DNA of 60,931 bases from Octopus bimaculoides (GCF_001194135.2 NC_068983.1:166239441-166300371); one strand, 5' to 3'. Positions 1-12,273 are shown, numbered from the stretch's first letter. Numbers and translations are program-made. The notes: generated by a model not told the origin, from the sequence alone.

Positions 1-250
1 CTCTGTAACTTTCATAACCTGATCTAACAGCTTGATGCCTCTGTAATTATTTGTATCTAAAGCGTCCCCTTTACCTTTGTAGCAGTTGACTATGATGCTG
101 CTACACCAGTCATAGGGTATGACTCCTTCGTGTATCACCTGGTTCGTAATACGGGTGACTAGGCTATAGCCAACACTGCCAGATATTTTGAGCATCTCTG
201 CAGTGATTCCTGATGGGCCGGGGGCTTTCCCGGTCTTCATACTCTTAATT
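1..250 (-). mobile_element. RTE-clade LINE, reverse transcriptase fragment (continues off the left edge of the window)
   Basis: The minus strand reads without a stop as IKSMKTGKAPGPSGITAEMLKISGSVGYSLVTRITNQVIHEGVIPYDWCSSIIVNCYKGKGDALDTNNYRGIKLLDQVMKVTE. KAPGP..I..E, W..S.IV..YKGKGD and NYRGI.LL are typical non-LTR RT N-terminal motifs. The 5' side stops at a (TA)n(GA)n microsatellite. Confidence 0.93.
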
Positions 251-251
251 G

Positions 252-298
<47 letters not shown>
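252..298. repeat. (TA)n(GA)n compound microsatellite
   Basis: Read directly from the sequence. Confidence 0.97.
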
Positions 299-301
<3 letters not shown>

Positions 302-482
302 TATAAGAGGTAATGGTGTCAATAAGACCCAAAGGTATCAGGTAATGTTGAGTAAGTACTATGGCCAGACTATAGTTAAGCTCCAAGTTCTGTGATTATG
401 CAAATAAGGGGTCCAACTTAGATCATATATCAGCATGTGTATATATAAAAAAAATTGAGGAATTTAGAACATTTATAAATAG

Positions 483-530
483 GTCTTACAGTTGTCTCTA
501 GGATATTTATTATATCCCTTCATCGGAAAC
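483..530 (-). ncRNA. Degenerate minimal type I hammerhead ribozyme motif
   Basis: Minus strand reads GUUU-CCGAUGA-A-GGGAUAU-aauaa-AUAUCCU-A-GAGA-CAACUG-UA/AGAC. Helix I is GUUU:AGAC and helix II is about 7 bp, but the core is mutated (CUGAUGA to CCGAUGA, GAAA to GAGA). Confidence 0.5.
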
Positions 531-810
531 GGTATGAGAAAATGGTTTAGCAATAGTTAATTTAGAGAAGATACGAAATATAGAGTGAAGTGGAGGAATG
601 AAAATAGAAGTGAGATATGCAGGGATATTGCATCTGCAGATCCATTATTTAGGCAGAATGGTGTACATATAACATTCCAATATCTTGTGAGTAAATTCCA
701 ATAGTATTTAAAATTGGTCATTTCAAGTATAGAGTTTGTACACAAGGCTATTGAATTGAGGATTTTATTTATCTCATTCTGAAAATAAAATTTTATATAT
801 ACATATATAA

Positions 811-898
811 TATTTAGCTGAAGTAACAGAGTGATTAAGGTCCAAGAGTTTCAACGAAACTCTTGGACCTAGAGTCACTCTGTTACTTCTGCTAAATA
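811..898. repeat. Near-perfect palindrome (42/43-nt arms, 3-nt loop)
   Basis: TATTTAGCTGAAGTAACAGAGTGATTAAGGTCCAAGAGTTTC-aac-GAAACTCTTGGACCTAGAGTCACTCTGTTACTTCTGCTAAATA. Three mismatches and one gap; the inner 15 bp are perfect. Confidence 0.95.
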
Positions 899-960
899 GT
901 AATAAAAATATACACATACTCATATTTTGAGTTCTATTTTTCCTACTTGCATCAACATAC

Positions 961-1002
<42 letters not shown>

Positions 1003-1097
1003 CTATATTCAACCAGTAAATAAAATAATAACAGGAAGTACAGCCTTCAGCAATAAGCAAATGATAGGAAGTGTAACTGACAATAGAAGAATATAGG

Positions 1098-1868
1098 TTT
1101 GTATTTGTTCTGTGGGGGCCGACACTCTTTCATATATGCCATATTTCCTGATATTACACATGTTGGCAAAAGTATACTTCCAAAGTTACTCAAAAGAATA
1201 CTTCCAAAGTATGACTTATATATTTTACAAAAAATTGCATAAACTGAACTTTGTATGAGGTCTTCTGTTATTAAGTACATCTTGCATATGAGCTGATCTG
1301 TATAAAGTCCACTCTGCAAGACATTTCACCAATATAAAATAAGCCTTGAATGAAAGTCCACCTGTACAACGATTGCACTGAACAACAGAGGAATTACTTG
1401 AAATATATCCTACACGACTGCTAAAGAGTTTGACAAAACAACCAAGGAAGATGTATCATATACAAAATATTTGCTGTAATATATACAGTAAAATGAAAAC
1501 ACAGCAAAACAACATTGAAGACTATTACAGTAGCAGTTAGCCCAGTGCTATAGATTATGTTACGAAATAAGGCCCATCCTTTACAAAAGGAGAATTAGGG
1601 CAAAACATACAGAGATGGATTTGCTGAGAGAGGAGAATGGAATTATTCAATAGCTCCACCATAATGGTAACACTTAATGCTGTTTTGTTTTTTATATTTG
1701 ACAAAATTTTATAATCAAATCTAATATAGGTTTTTGTAAAATATATAAGCCACACTTTGGAAGTATTCTTTTGAGTAACTTTGGGCGTATACTTTTGCCA
1801 ACATGTGTAATATCAGGAAATATGGCATATGTGAAAAAGTGTGGGCCCCCCCATAAAACAAGCACAAA
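1098..1868. repeat. Long inverted repeat / fold-back element (arms about 1098-1234 and 1731-1868)
   Basis: The arms of about 137 bp are highly similar reverse complements. For example, CATATTTCCTGATATTACACATGTTGGCAAAAGTATAC is matched exactly on the other strand. The spacer is about 500 bp. Confidence 0.9.
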
Positions 1869-2632
1869 ATCAACAAGAATTCAGAAACCCATCTTTAACT
1901 ATTCTCAATCTTCGAAGGAAATATGTTGGTACCAGAAAACAAGGCCTAGTGATGCAAAAATGGATGACTTAATAAAAAAAAAATATGGCCTGCTGACCAA
2001 CCTAGGAGAAAAAACGCTATTTTGAGACTTCGGTGAAGTTATCAGTTTATATGGACATTGAAAGACACACATAGAAGAGGCCAGTGATTCTTCAGGTTTT
2101 CAGGCAAACAAACAATAGCTTGATAAGACCAAGAAAAATGCAACTTTGCATAGCTTCAAATATGACTGCAGACATAACTAGTAAAGAGAAAGAAGATGCA
2201 CTGAAATTTATTCAGACTGTTTCTGACATTGAAGAAGTTTTGCTGCCCAGTAAATCATTAATGGTGATGAAACTGGCTTATTTTAGAAGAAAATGCCTGA
2301 AAGAATATATTTATTGGTTGGAATGAAAATTGTTAATAGGATATAAAACAGTTAAGGACAAACTAGAACGATTATCTGTTGGTGATTGCTGATGGTAACT
2401 AACTTTAACCCTTCAGCATTCAGATTACTTCTCTGTCAAATGTAACGCCTATTTATTATCATTGTTTTGAATTAATCATGCCTTATCTTGTAGCTTTGAG
2501 ATTTTGATGATGTAGAAGTTTATTTTTAGAATGACATTGTAGGGTAGGTGTGAGAGGCCAGATTTGGCCACTTTGAACATAAAACAGGGAGAATATTTGG
2601 GTCTGACAAAACCGGTTTAAATGCTAAAGAGT

Positions 2633-3022
2633 TGTAGTGGCGCGTGTGGCCGCCATCTTGGGAAGTGCCATTGCGCATGTGCAAGGGACTTGCCGTCAGC
2701 GGAAGTACCCGGGCACGCATGCGCAAAGCAACAGGTGGAGATAGGGCAATAGCGTTCGATCTCTTCTCTATCTAGCAGCAGTGGTGACAACACGTATCTC
2801 TCAGTGCTCTCTCAGCTCGCCACCGATATGTGGTCGAAGCTTCCTTGGTATTCTAGCGGCATGCCTGTTCACCCAGGAACGAAACGGCTCTACACCAACC
2901 TAGAATAAATTATTGATCTGTTGTTACCGTTATCCCTCGTGTTGTTGTATTTCTGGATTTAATGATTAATATAAGAACTGGGGAGAGATGGCCGAGCCGT
3001 CATATCTCATCCAATTCTTATA
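2633..3022 (+). mobile_element. Solo LTR, 390 bp, CpG-rich
   Basis: Starts TGTAG and ends ...CTTATA (CA terminus altered). Flanked by a GAGT direct repeat (2629-2632 and 3023-3026), with AATAAA at 2904-2909. GC/CpG content is far above the flanks. Confidence 0.7.
2649..2725 (+). promoter_or_regulatory. Cluster of YY1-, NRF1- and ETS-like motifs inside the putative LTR
   Basis: GCCGCCATCTTG (YY1-like, 2649-2660), TGCGCATGTGCA (2672-2683), CGGAAGT (ETS-like, 2700-2706) and GCATGCGCA (NRF1-like, 2717-2725). Confidence 0.5.
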
Positions 3023-3200
3023 GAGTTAAACTAAAACCAATGCAGTTCTATTATTCTGAAAATCCTAGAGCTTTGAATGAGGAAGCTAAAACAAAAAAGT
3101 GAATGTTGACAGTCATTTAGAAAACAAAGGTGGGGGGAGGAAGGTTGAGTTTCAATATCGTATTGATCATTTTTCTTCATTTTCTATTGTAGCAAGAATA

Positions 3201-4075
3201 CAAAGGGGTACCCAAAAGTAACCAAAAACGTTCACTGTAGGACAAGCCTGTTGTGGTTCAGGCTTCTGCTGCTAGAAGCCACTTGATGTAACCCTCAGGC
3301 ATCAGTCTACCAACCAGCATCATCCAGTGAGGCTGTACTGCCACATGGTGCATTTTTGTTTTGTAGTGCTTCTCCCCAATTCCTCAATTTTTGCAATGGC
3401 TGAAACAAAGGAACAGTGTGCTTCTGTGAAATTCTGTTTTCTGCTGGGGAAAATAGCAGCCGAAACAGTTGTCAGGCTTCAAACAGCTTACAAAGATGCT
3501 GCCATGAGAAAAACACAAGTTTATGAGTGGTTTTCACAGTTTAGGAGTGGTTGCTTGAAGACCAACCTCATTCAGGACGACCAGTGACCTCCCGAACGAA
3601 TGAAAACATCATGGAAATTCCTGAACTGATCTTGGAGGACTGTCACCAAACAATTGACAAAACTTGTTGATATGACTGGGGTGTGCCCTGGAGCTCCTGC
3701 CAATGAATTTTGAGCGAAGAATTTGTATTTCACTTGCTCACGGAAGATCAAAAGCTGTCACGACTGAATGCGTGTTGTGAACTGAAAGAACAGCTGGAAA
3801 TTGATCCGGATCTTTTTTTTTTCAAAGGTCATCACTAGTGATGAAAGCTGGTGCTACGGAATTTGCAGATGTGGAAGAGGTGAAGAAAAAAACGACAGAG
3901 GTGTTAAAAGGTATCACTTCACAAGAGTTCCTGCACTGCTTTGAACATTGGAAAATGTGTCTGGACTGATGCATTGCTTCAAACGGAGAATATGCTGAAG
4001 GTGATAAAAGTGTAAGTATGTAAAAGTGAATAAAGTAATATTTCAAAATTCCAGTTTCTTTTGGGTACCCCCTCT
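3201..4075 (+). mobile_element. Internally deleted mariner element with TIRs
   Basis: TIRs of about 28 bp (..AGGGGTACCCAAAAG.. / ..CTTTTGGGTACCCCCT..) flanked by TA. Transposase remnants are MAETKEQCASVKFCFLLGKIAAETV..YEWFSQF, KVITSDESWCY and a C-terminus CFEHWKMCLD*CIASNGEY. The second and third catalytic residues are deleted. Confidence 0.92.
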
Positions 4076-4285
4076 TAATTTATCAATTACAACATTGCTA
4101 GTTTTAAATCAGGGGTTCAGCAAATTTCTTACAACATTGAATCCTTCATGAACTAACAATAACTTATTGACCCCACCATCATATAAATATCTAAAATAAA
4201 ATATGAAAAAGTAAAATTCATAAAATTTCCCAATTTAAAAACAAATATTTCCATTCTTTTATGCCAATGCCATTTAATCAATCAG

Positions 4286-4480
4286 TCTTTTTACTCTCTC
4301 TCTTTACTTATTTCAGTCATTTGACTGCGGCCATGCTGGAGTACTGCCTTTAGTAAAGCAAATCGACCCAAGGACTTATTCTTTGTAAGCCTAGTACTTA
4401 TTCTATTGGTCTCTTTTGCCGAACCACTAATCATCGGTTGTCAAGCAATGTTGGGGGGACAAACACGGACACACAAACAT

Positions 4481-4517
<37 letters not shown>

Positions 4518-4693
4518 CACATATATACAACGGGCTTCTTTCAGTTTCCGTCTACCAAATCCACTCACAAGGCTTTGGTCAACCCGAGGCTATAGTAGAA
4601 GACACTTGCGCAAGGTGCCACACAGTGGGACTGAAACCAGAACCATGTGGCTGGTAAGCAAGCTACTTACCATACAGCGACTCCTGTGCCTAT
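4286..4693 (-). mobile_element. tRNA-derived SINE, family 1 with tail A
   Basis: On the minus strand: tRNA-like head (GCTGTATGGTAAG...GTTTCAGTCCC), CORE-like CACCTTGCGCAAGTG, central (TA/TG)n and a tail ending CCAGCATGGCCGCAGTCAAATGACTGAAA. The same element recurs at 15521 and 48515. Confidence 0.88.
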
Positions 4694-6809
4694 ATTTAGA
4701 TATTTATATAAAATAAATTTTATTTATATAAAATAATTCAGCATTCTTAATGTGTAGAAATTGTTTCAGGTGTTTATCGGCTGACCCTCTGGATAACCAC
4801 AAAATCACCCTAGTCAATATTGACCACTTAGCCTGCTCCTGTTTCAGGTAGTGCACCTGGATAACCTAAAGTATTAAAGGTAATAGCACAAACAATATCA
4901 ACCCTCAAGAGACATTACATGAAGAAGGCCTGTTAAGAGAAGCTGTCGAAATAACTGATAAGGAAGAGCTTAATATAAAAGAGTTCTGGAAAGGAGACAA
5001 TATATGGAATGCCATGGAATGATTTTAGTTTTTTGAGAAGAGATGAAGTAATTGACAACACAAGGTTACTAAAGAAGGTTATGTCCAGATTTCTTACCAA
5101 ATTTTAAAGGATTTGAAGATATCCCCGAAGTTGTCAGAGAGGAAGCTGTTCAATTAACGAGTGAATTCGCAAGTCATTTCTAAAGATGTGATTAAACTAA
5201 TTTCCAAAAAACTCACATGGGAAAGATCCTTCTAATTATAATTCTATAATATAATTCTATTATATATATAATTATAAGTTTCAGTGACTCAAGAGTTGTA
5301 CATTTGTATATGTTTAGCTCTCAGAGAAAGAGCCTTCACTAAACTAATGTCTTATTCAATAAGCCAAGATTTGGTAATTTAACTTCTGGAAATCAGTTGT
5401 TATGAAAGTAGAGGACAGAATTAATAGATTATAAGTATAACATATATTCAACAAGAGACCTACCATGCAAATAGCTGTCTTCTATTTGGCATAATAGATT
5501 TTCCCAATTTTCTTGGTTAACTGTTCTATTTATTTCTTTTTTTATATTCTACCTTCATTCTACACATCTTTGGTAGATTTTTTTGTTTTATTTCATATTT
5601 CTACACTTTTTCATTCACATACTTTTACTTAACTTTTTGCTTCATAATCTCACTCATGTGTGATTTTTATGCATGTATGGAGATGTGTGTACATATGTAT
5701 ACTATTGAAATTCTAAACCTGTATGTCTGTCTGTGTGTACCCACAAATCTGCTGAAAATTTTTAAGCACAAGCCAGGCCCTTAACTGTAAAGGAACTCTC
5801 CAAACAAAATTTAGTCCTTCTTTTATCAATATGAAAAAATGATTTCCATCCATTTACAAAAGAGAGATCAGCAGAAAGTAGCACACAATCACTAAAGGAT
5901 ATGTATGTGCACACACGCTCACACAGATTCACTAATAAGTACTATTACAACATACACAAATGCAATAGATTTGCAAGACACACACACAGTATAAAAAATG
6001 CACACACACACACACACACACACACATACATGCAATACATTTTCAAGACACACACACATCATTTAACGGACATTAAATGATAATGATGATGATGATGCAC
6101 ACAAATGCAGTACATTCGCAAGACACACACACACATCTAATAGTGAACACATGCTAACAGATGACTATAACAACAGAGACATATACAAAGATAAGGCTTG
6201 TGTATACAAGATACATACACACACACATTATCCTCCTCTACCATCTGCCTTCTATGCTAGTATGGGTTGTATGGTTTGAGAACTGCATCATGCTCCACTG
6301 TCTTTTCTTTAGTTTCTACAGCTGGATGTCATTCCCAATGCTTCTCACATTTGTGTCCTTTCTACAGATTTCATTCGATGACATACTAATGACTACATTA
6401 TGTCTCAGACGAAGGTAATATCATGAGGAGATTTTCAAAGAGTTACATAAGAACTGGGTGACATCATCAATGTCAGTTCCACAGAGTCTCTAACAGCTGA
6501 TGCATCCAGGTTGTTTACCTGGATCCTGATCCCTTTTGTGCCCCTATATTGTAAACGCATTTACTTCAAACTGAAAGAAAACTCAGGCGACCAATGCTGC
6601 AGTCACTTTGAAGCCTTCATGCAGCATAGCTCTGCATCTCTGCGTGAACTTTTGCTGTCATTGTGTGTCGGTTTCCTGAGCGCATGCTCTGTAGTTTCTG
6701 TTTATGTTTGGGTTATTAAAATGCAGGCAGAACAGAATTTTAGAAATTAAAAACCTGCTAGATCAGAATAGCCCTATTAGCTTCCTAAGCAGAGAGACTC
6801 TTCGAAATG

Positions 6810-6841
<32 letters not shown>

Positions 6842-7370
6842 CGAGAGAGACAGACAGACAGTGAGAGAGTTAAGTTGATGGTAGAAGTAGGACAGGAAAA
6901 ACAAATCTGTCAATATGTGAGTGTAAAATCAGTAAAGTGAACTCTTTATTACATAATTACTTTAATCATCTTACTATCGCTATAATCTTAAGTTCATATT
7001 AATAATTATGATTATGGCAATGAGCAACACACATATATAAGGGCTTCTTTAGGCCACTGATAGCTAACCATATGATTCTGCACTGGGAGAGGTTCTTGGC
7101 ATATGGCAGGTCTGAGCAGTTGACTGTTTTTGCTCAGTTACTAACTTCTAAAATAGCGACTGTCAATGTCTTTCTCATTAGAATCCATTAGTATAACATC
7201 TTGCATGTGTATATATATATTGATAGATACACTCATGTATATATGTTTGTAGATGTGTATGTGTATATTGTCGTCCGTATGCCATTCCTACAGTGTAACA
7301 AAATCAACCAACAAAAAAACTGGCTCTAATTTATATATATATATAAAATTTTACATGCATACACTATACA

Positions 7371-7440
<70 letters not shown>

Positions 7441-7531
7441 CCATTAAGCTAACATGGACTGTGGATATTGAATGATGATGATGATGAATGAATGAAAAAG
7501 TGCTGCTGAAAAAATGTTGATAAGTATATGT

Positions 7532-7565
<34 letters not shown>

Positions 7566-9000
7566 NNNNNNNNNNNNNNNNNNNNNNNNNNNNNNNNNNN
7601 NNNNNNNNNNNNNNNNNNNNNNNNNNNNNNNNNNNNNNNNNNNNNNNNNNNNNNNNNNNNNNNNNNNNNNNNNNNNNNNNNNNNNNNNNNNNNNNNNNNN
7701 NNNNNNNNNNNNNNNNNNNNNNCCACTCCTTTCTCTTTTGGCAAGACAAATAATTCTCCATACAAGCAACTCTCATCTTTCCATGCCTATGAAACTATAC
7801 TTTAACACCAGTACTGTCACAGATATTGCCATCGGAATGCAAAGGGCCAGAAAAGATATCCCAAAGCATCTGGTCTGAAGCTGTAGCACTGCCACCAATC
7901 CACAATCCTGATTTGGGTCTTTTCTATGGTTTTTTTTTTTGGTTTTTTTGTGACATAAAAAGGGTGAAATGCAGAATATAGCACAATTTGAAATGAGAGC
8001 ACAAAGAGTTAGAATATACGCCAACAACTACCATCTCTGGTGTGTGTGTGTGTGCATGCATGCATTTATGTCTTCTTGTCTTGAAATTGTGTGGTAAATT
8101 GTAAACAAGTATCACTGACATAGATGCAGTGTCATTTCCAATATTCTTCAGAAACATGTATGGTCATGGGGAAATATTACTTTGTAACAGGAAGGGCATC
8201 CAGCCATAGAAAATCTGCCAAAATAAACTGTCTGACCCATGCAAGGAGGGAAAAGTGGACATTAAAACAATGATGATATGGCTCAGCTGTCCCTTGTGTT
8301 TGAGCTATTTGCAAGCTTTTGCTAGTTGTTATTTAGATTCCTATAGAGTCATTGCAGGCTGGCAGAGACATCCTGTTGACTGACCCTCACACCCTTGATG
8401 CAGCAGAACACTGAGTGTGTGACAGCTGGAGCAAAAGAGAGAAAGCAGCATCAGCACTGGGTGGCCACCCGTCTTCTGCTGAGCAGACTGCAACAATGTG
8501 AAATGACATAATATGCCCAGTTGTGGGAACTAAAACCATGACTGTACAATCAGGAATCCAACACCCTAACTGGTAAGGCCTGTGCTTTTGCACACACACA
8601 CATACACACACACACACACACACATACGTGTGTTGGTGACACCCAACATACACATGTGCATGAATTTACCTCTCTTTAAAGCATAGAATTAGCAAATTTC
8701 AGTGAAAATGACAGGATTATTTATACCAATAAATATATTTGGTGATGTCACAAATCAATTAATGACAACTGTAGGTATATTATGAGAAAAGAATTGAAAT
8801 GGGGTTTGGGGAGAGATGAGGAAGGATGGTGGGTATTTTATAATCATGCAGGCTTGAGAAATTATTAATTCCTTACATATACTGTTGAATATTTATTTTT
8901 GCTTCTCTGAGACAATTATCAGCAACATTAAGACTGATGCTGTGTTTAGAGTGTAACATGCAAGAGCAATCTGAATAACAGCGTAACATGTTTGCAGTAC

Positions 9001-9031
<31 letters not shown>

Positions 9032-9196
9032 TTACATATAGACAAACATATCTTATATTTTTCAATCAGCAGTAATTGCAAAGAGGATCAAGAATCATGC
9101 ATGATAAGTGCCATGCATGAAACTCCTGGCCCTTGAGTCACTGTGTAACCACTCATGATTAAAAATAAAAGATATATAACAGTAGATCTATGTTTA

Positions 9197-9198
9197 TG

Positions 9199-9260
<62 letters not shown>

Positions 9261-9261
9261 C

Positions 9262-9347
<86 letters not shown>

Positions 9348-9490
9348 TCAGATAGATAGATAGAAAGATAGCTAGACAGGTAGACAGGTAGACAGATAGA
9401 TAAGTAAATAGACAGACAGACAGGTAGACAAGTAGACAGTTAGATAGATAGATAGATAAATAGATAGATAGATAGACAGACAGACAGATA
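9197..9490. repeat. Compound (GATA)n/(GACA)n tetranucleotide microsatellite
   Basis: Read directly. It explains the spurious YLSI-repeat ORF at 9088-9537. Confidence 0.97.
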
Positions 9491-10079
9491 ACTGGGACAG
9501 AAAAGTGAAAGATATGCTGAGCATAAGACTTTCTCAAAAACCTGACAACTAAATTGAAAACTAGTAAAATAATTAATCACATGCTGCAAACCACAAATTC
9601 ACAGAATATTATGCTTGTGTGAACATTTACATGTGTGTGGCCTTTGTGTTTGCACTTGTGTAGGGGCATTTATATAAATGCTTTGCGTATGTATTTATCT
9701 TTTTATGCATGGGTGTTCATCATATTTGTCACATGGAAGGTGAATGTGGAAGTGTGGTTATATATATGTGTGTGCGTGTATGTATGTATGAACATAACAT
9801 ATGCATATATGTATGTGTGAATGTGTGTATAATTGTTCAGCCCCGCGTCAGTCCTGATCAAGCAGCACATCTATGATTAAAAAATGTTCCAATCATGACC
9901 ATTCCATTTATTTCTAAGACTACATCATCCAGTCTGTATATTTTCTTTCAGGCAATAGGGTGTGGCTGGGGGCAGATTTGGCTATTTCAAACAATCCTAC
10001 TGACGTTTTATCGTTGGCTCCAACTACATATATTTGTTTACCTGTGTTGTCTATATGCAAGTTTCTGTACATGATTGTC

Positions 10080-10128
<49 letters not shown>

Positions 10129-10792
10129 ATGTGTGTGTGTATGTGTGTACACATCTGTTTTACTTTGGTTTTCCCATAGTAGCAAGGATTATGTATCCAT
10201 CCGAGAAAACAGGTAGATGTAGATACACACACACAAGATATAGGTATACAGACATATATACATAGGCTGGTAGACAGACAGACACACACACACACACTCA
10301 CACAATTACATACATAATATGCAAGACTTTTCTCAAGTTTAAAATGTGAATCTGTTTTTGTTACCTCCATTCCAATGATGGGGCTTTGTGGCTTTGTTAA
10401 AAACCAGCTCCTTCCTTACAGGAAAATGTCAAATAATTAAAAACAGAAGCGAACATACACTGATGTCTATTTGTATATTAAAATGTTTATGAGGATCTAC
10501 ATATATGGCCAAAATCTATAATGAAGTTTGGTGCAATTTCAGGAAGAGGACAATAAGTAAATATTGCAACTGTTATTGTAACATTTAATTAATGAATTTT
10601 AAAACTAAATTCAATAGTTAAGAATGTTTTGCATTATTGCATTACAGAAGTCTGCCTTGTGTGTGTGTGTGTCTGTGCATGCACACACACACAGACACAC
10701 ATACACACACACATAGTAGATCAACAGCACCAAATCAAGAAAAAAAACCAAATTCCAGTTGGAAAACTTTTGAGTCAGTTGACATTGTTGCA

Positions 10793-10825
<33 letters not shown>

Positions 10826-11646
10826 AGGGAATCCCTGTACCCAAAATAAATATATAGATAAAATTAAACAAACACGAATAGCTGAAGAGAGGAAACAGTA
10901 AATGAAAATGTAATAAGACTGACATACTATCACCTCACCTGGAGAAGTAGCTAGTGTCCAGGCAGCTAGTTTTCTTGACACTATGGCTAGTGTACTGTGT
11001 GTGGTGGTATGTCTCGGCAGATGTACACATGTACATGTACATTTGATGCCCAGACATCCCTAAATCCTGTTGTTCACAAAGAAAAAGCTCAGCAAGACTT
11101 AAGTAATTTTCCTTCCAGTTTTCTATTCCTCTGTTTTAGTTTTTGTTTTTATCTAGTCACAAGACTAGAGGAATATAATCCAAGGTACAAGACTATGAAA
11201 CATTTAGGTACATATTTGATTAAAGGAAAAGTTGGAATGTATGTGATTATATTTATGTATTTAGATTCATGTACATACATGTGTGTGAGGGTGTGTATAA
11301 ATAATACATAGGTTTCCAGTGTATACAGAAGTCTGTCATATTAAAAATTATTATTTGGTGGAAATTTTTTCAGCTACTTTCTGAACATGGCCAAAAATCC
11401 TGTGGATATTACCAAAATGGTACAGATCTACCTAGTATATTGGTAAGGCAGAACATTTGTAAATTTAAAGTTTCCTCCAACAGATGAATGGAAGCAAAGC
11501 AGTCAGCACAGCCCGGCAATAATTCTTCACCCACAGGTAGCAGAAAACATGAAGCAGTCGGTTTAGTGACTAAAAAGCACAGATACCTATCACGGGGAAG
11601 GGTTACAATGAAGTGAATGTGTCTGTGCATGGGAGAGAGAGAGAGG

Positions 11647-11682
<36 letters not shown>

Positions 11683-12269
11683 AGGAGAAAAGAGAGAGGA
11701 AGAGGGGAAGAGAAAGAGAATCAGTGACAAAGGAAACTGTTAGAAATAGGGAGGGAAGAATTATGAGCAAGAGACAGGGAGGGGGAGGAGGAAAAGGTAT
11801 TCCCCAACAAATGTGTTTTGTATCTTTTTGTCTATTTGTTCTTTCTTTTTATTTGTTTACTTTTCAGACAAACCCAATACTACATGGGAGTAATAAAAAA
11901 ACAACAGCAAAATCTGTGTATCACCATTGAGAGATGTTAAGGATTTCCTGAATTAGAAAATAAATGGGACAGCTGGGATGGGGTGGCAGCAATGCCAACA
12001 TTGGACAAGAGACAAAAGAAGAAATAAGCAGAAAACACTTCTCACAGTCTGAGCAGAGTAAGAAGCGAGCTGGAGCTACAACTACAGTGATAACTATGGC
12101 TATAGTAAGGCCCTGTTATTGAAGCTAATAACGAAGGCAGATATGGAGGCGGCGGTGGTGCTGTCAGCCACAAATGATGGTAATGGTATAAAGAAATGAA
12201 AAAGATAAACAGCAAAACATCCACACAGAGATGTTCCAGAAGGGAACATCAGAGCTGTAAGTGTGCAGG

Positions 12270-12273
<4 letters not shown>

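Larger units (their letters stand above)
330..910 (-). mobile_element. Probable Penelope-like element remnant (terminal/pLTR-type sequence)
   Basis: Contains a decayed minimal hammerhead motif at 483-530 and an inverted junction at 811-898, both typical of PLE ends. No clear RT or GIY-YIG translation was recovered. Confidence 0.4.
2409..3025. mobile_element. TTAA-flanked MITE (piggyBac-like termini CCC...G(A)G), split at its right end by a solo LTR
   Basis: The left end TTAA|CCCTTCAGCATT matches the reconstructed right end AATGCTAAAGAG|TTAA. TTAA occurs at 2405-2408 and 3026-3029, and removing the element restores the Tigger reading frame. Confidence 0.8.
1870..5170 (+). mobile_element. Fragmented pogo/Tigger-like DNA transposon (DDE_1/CENP-B type transposase pseudogene) interrupted by younger insertions
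   Basis: Remnant motifs occur in collinear order: INGDETGLF*KKMPERIY (about 2257-2310), GYKTVKDKL (about 2339-2365), NFKLKPMQFYYSENPRAL (rejoined across the MITE at 2405/3030), STLKRHYMKK, LNIKEFWKGDNIWNA and RLCPDFLPNFKGFE (about 4900-5120). Confidence 0.8.

Noticed and set aside
2633-3022. Host-gene CpG-island promoter
   Set aside because: It is bounded by a target-site duplication and splits a MITE terminus, so it is an insertion. No downstream exon is evident.
6280-6720. Higher-complexity segment that might be coding
   Set aside because: All frames I tried contain stops. One end resembles a highly decayed RTE tail, so it is probably old TE debris.
10930-10960. Minus-strand CTTCTCCAG|GTGAGG, another AG|GT juxtaposition
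   Set aside because: The pyrimidine tract is short and there is an AG close upstream, so it is within chance expectation for 61 kb.
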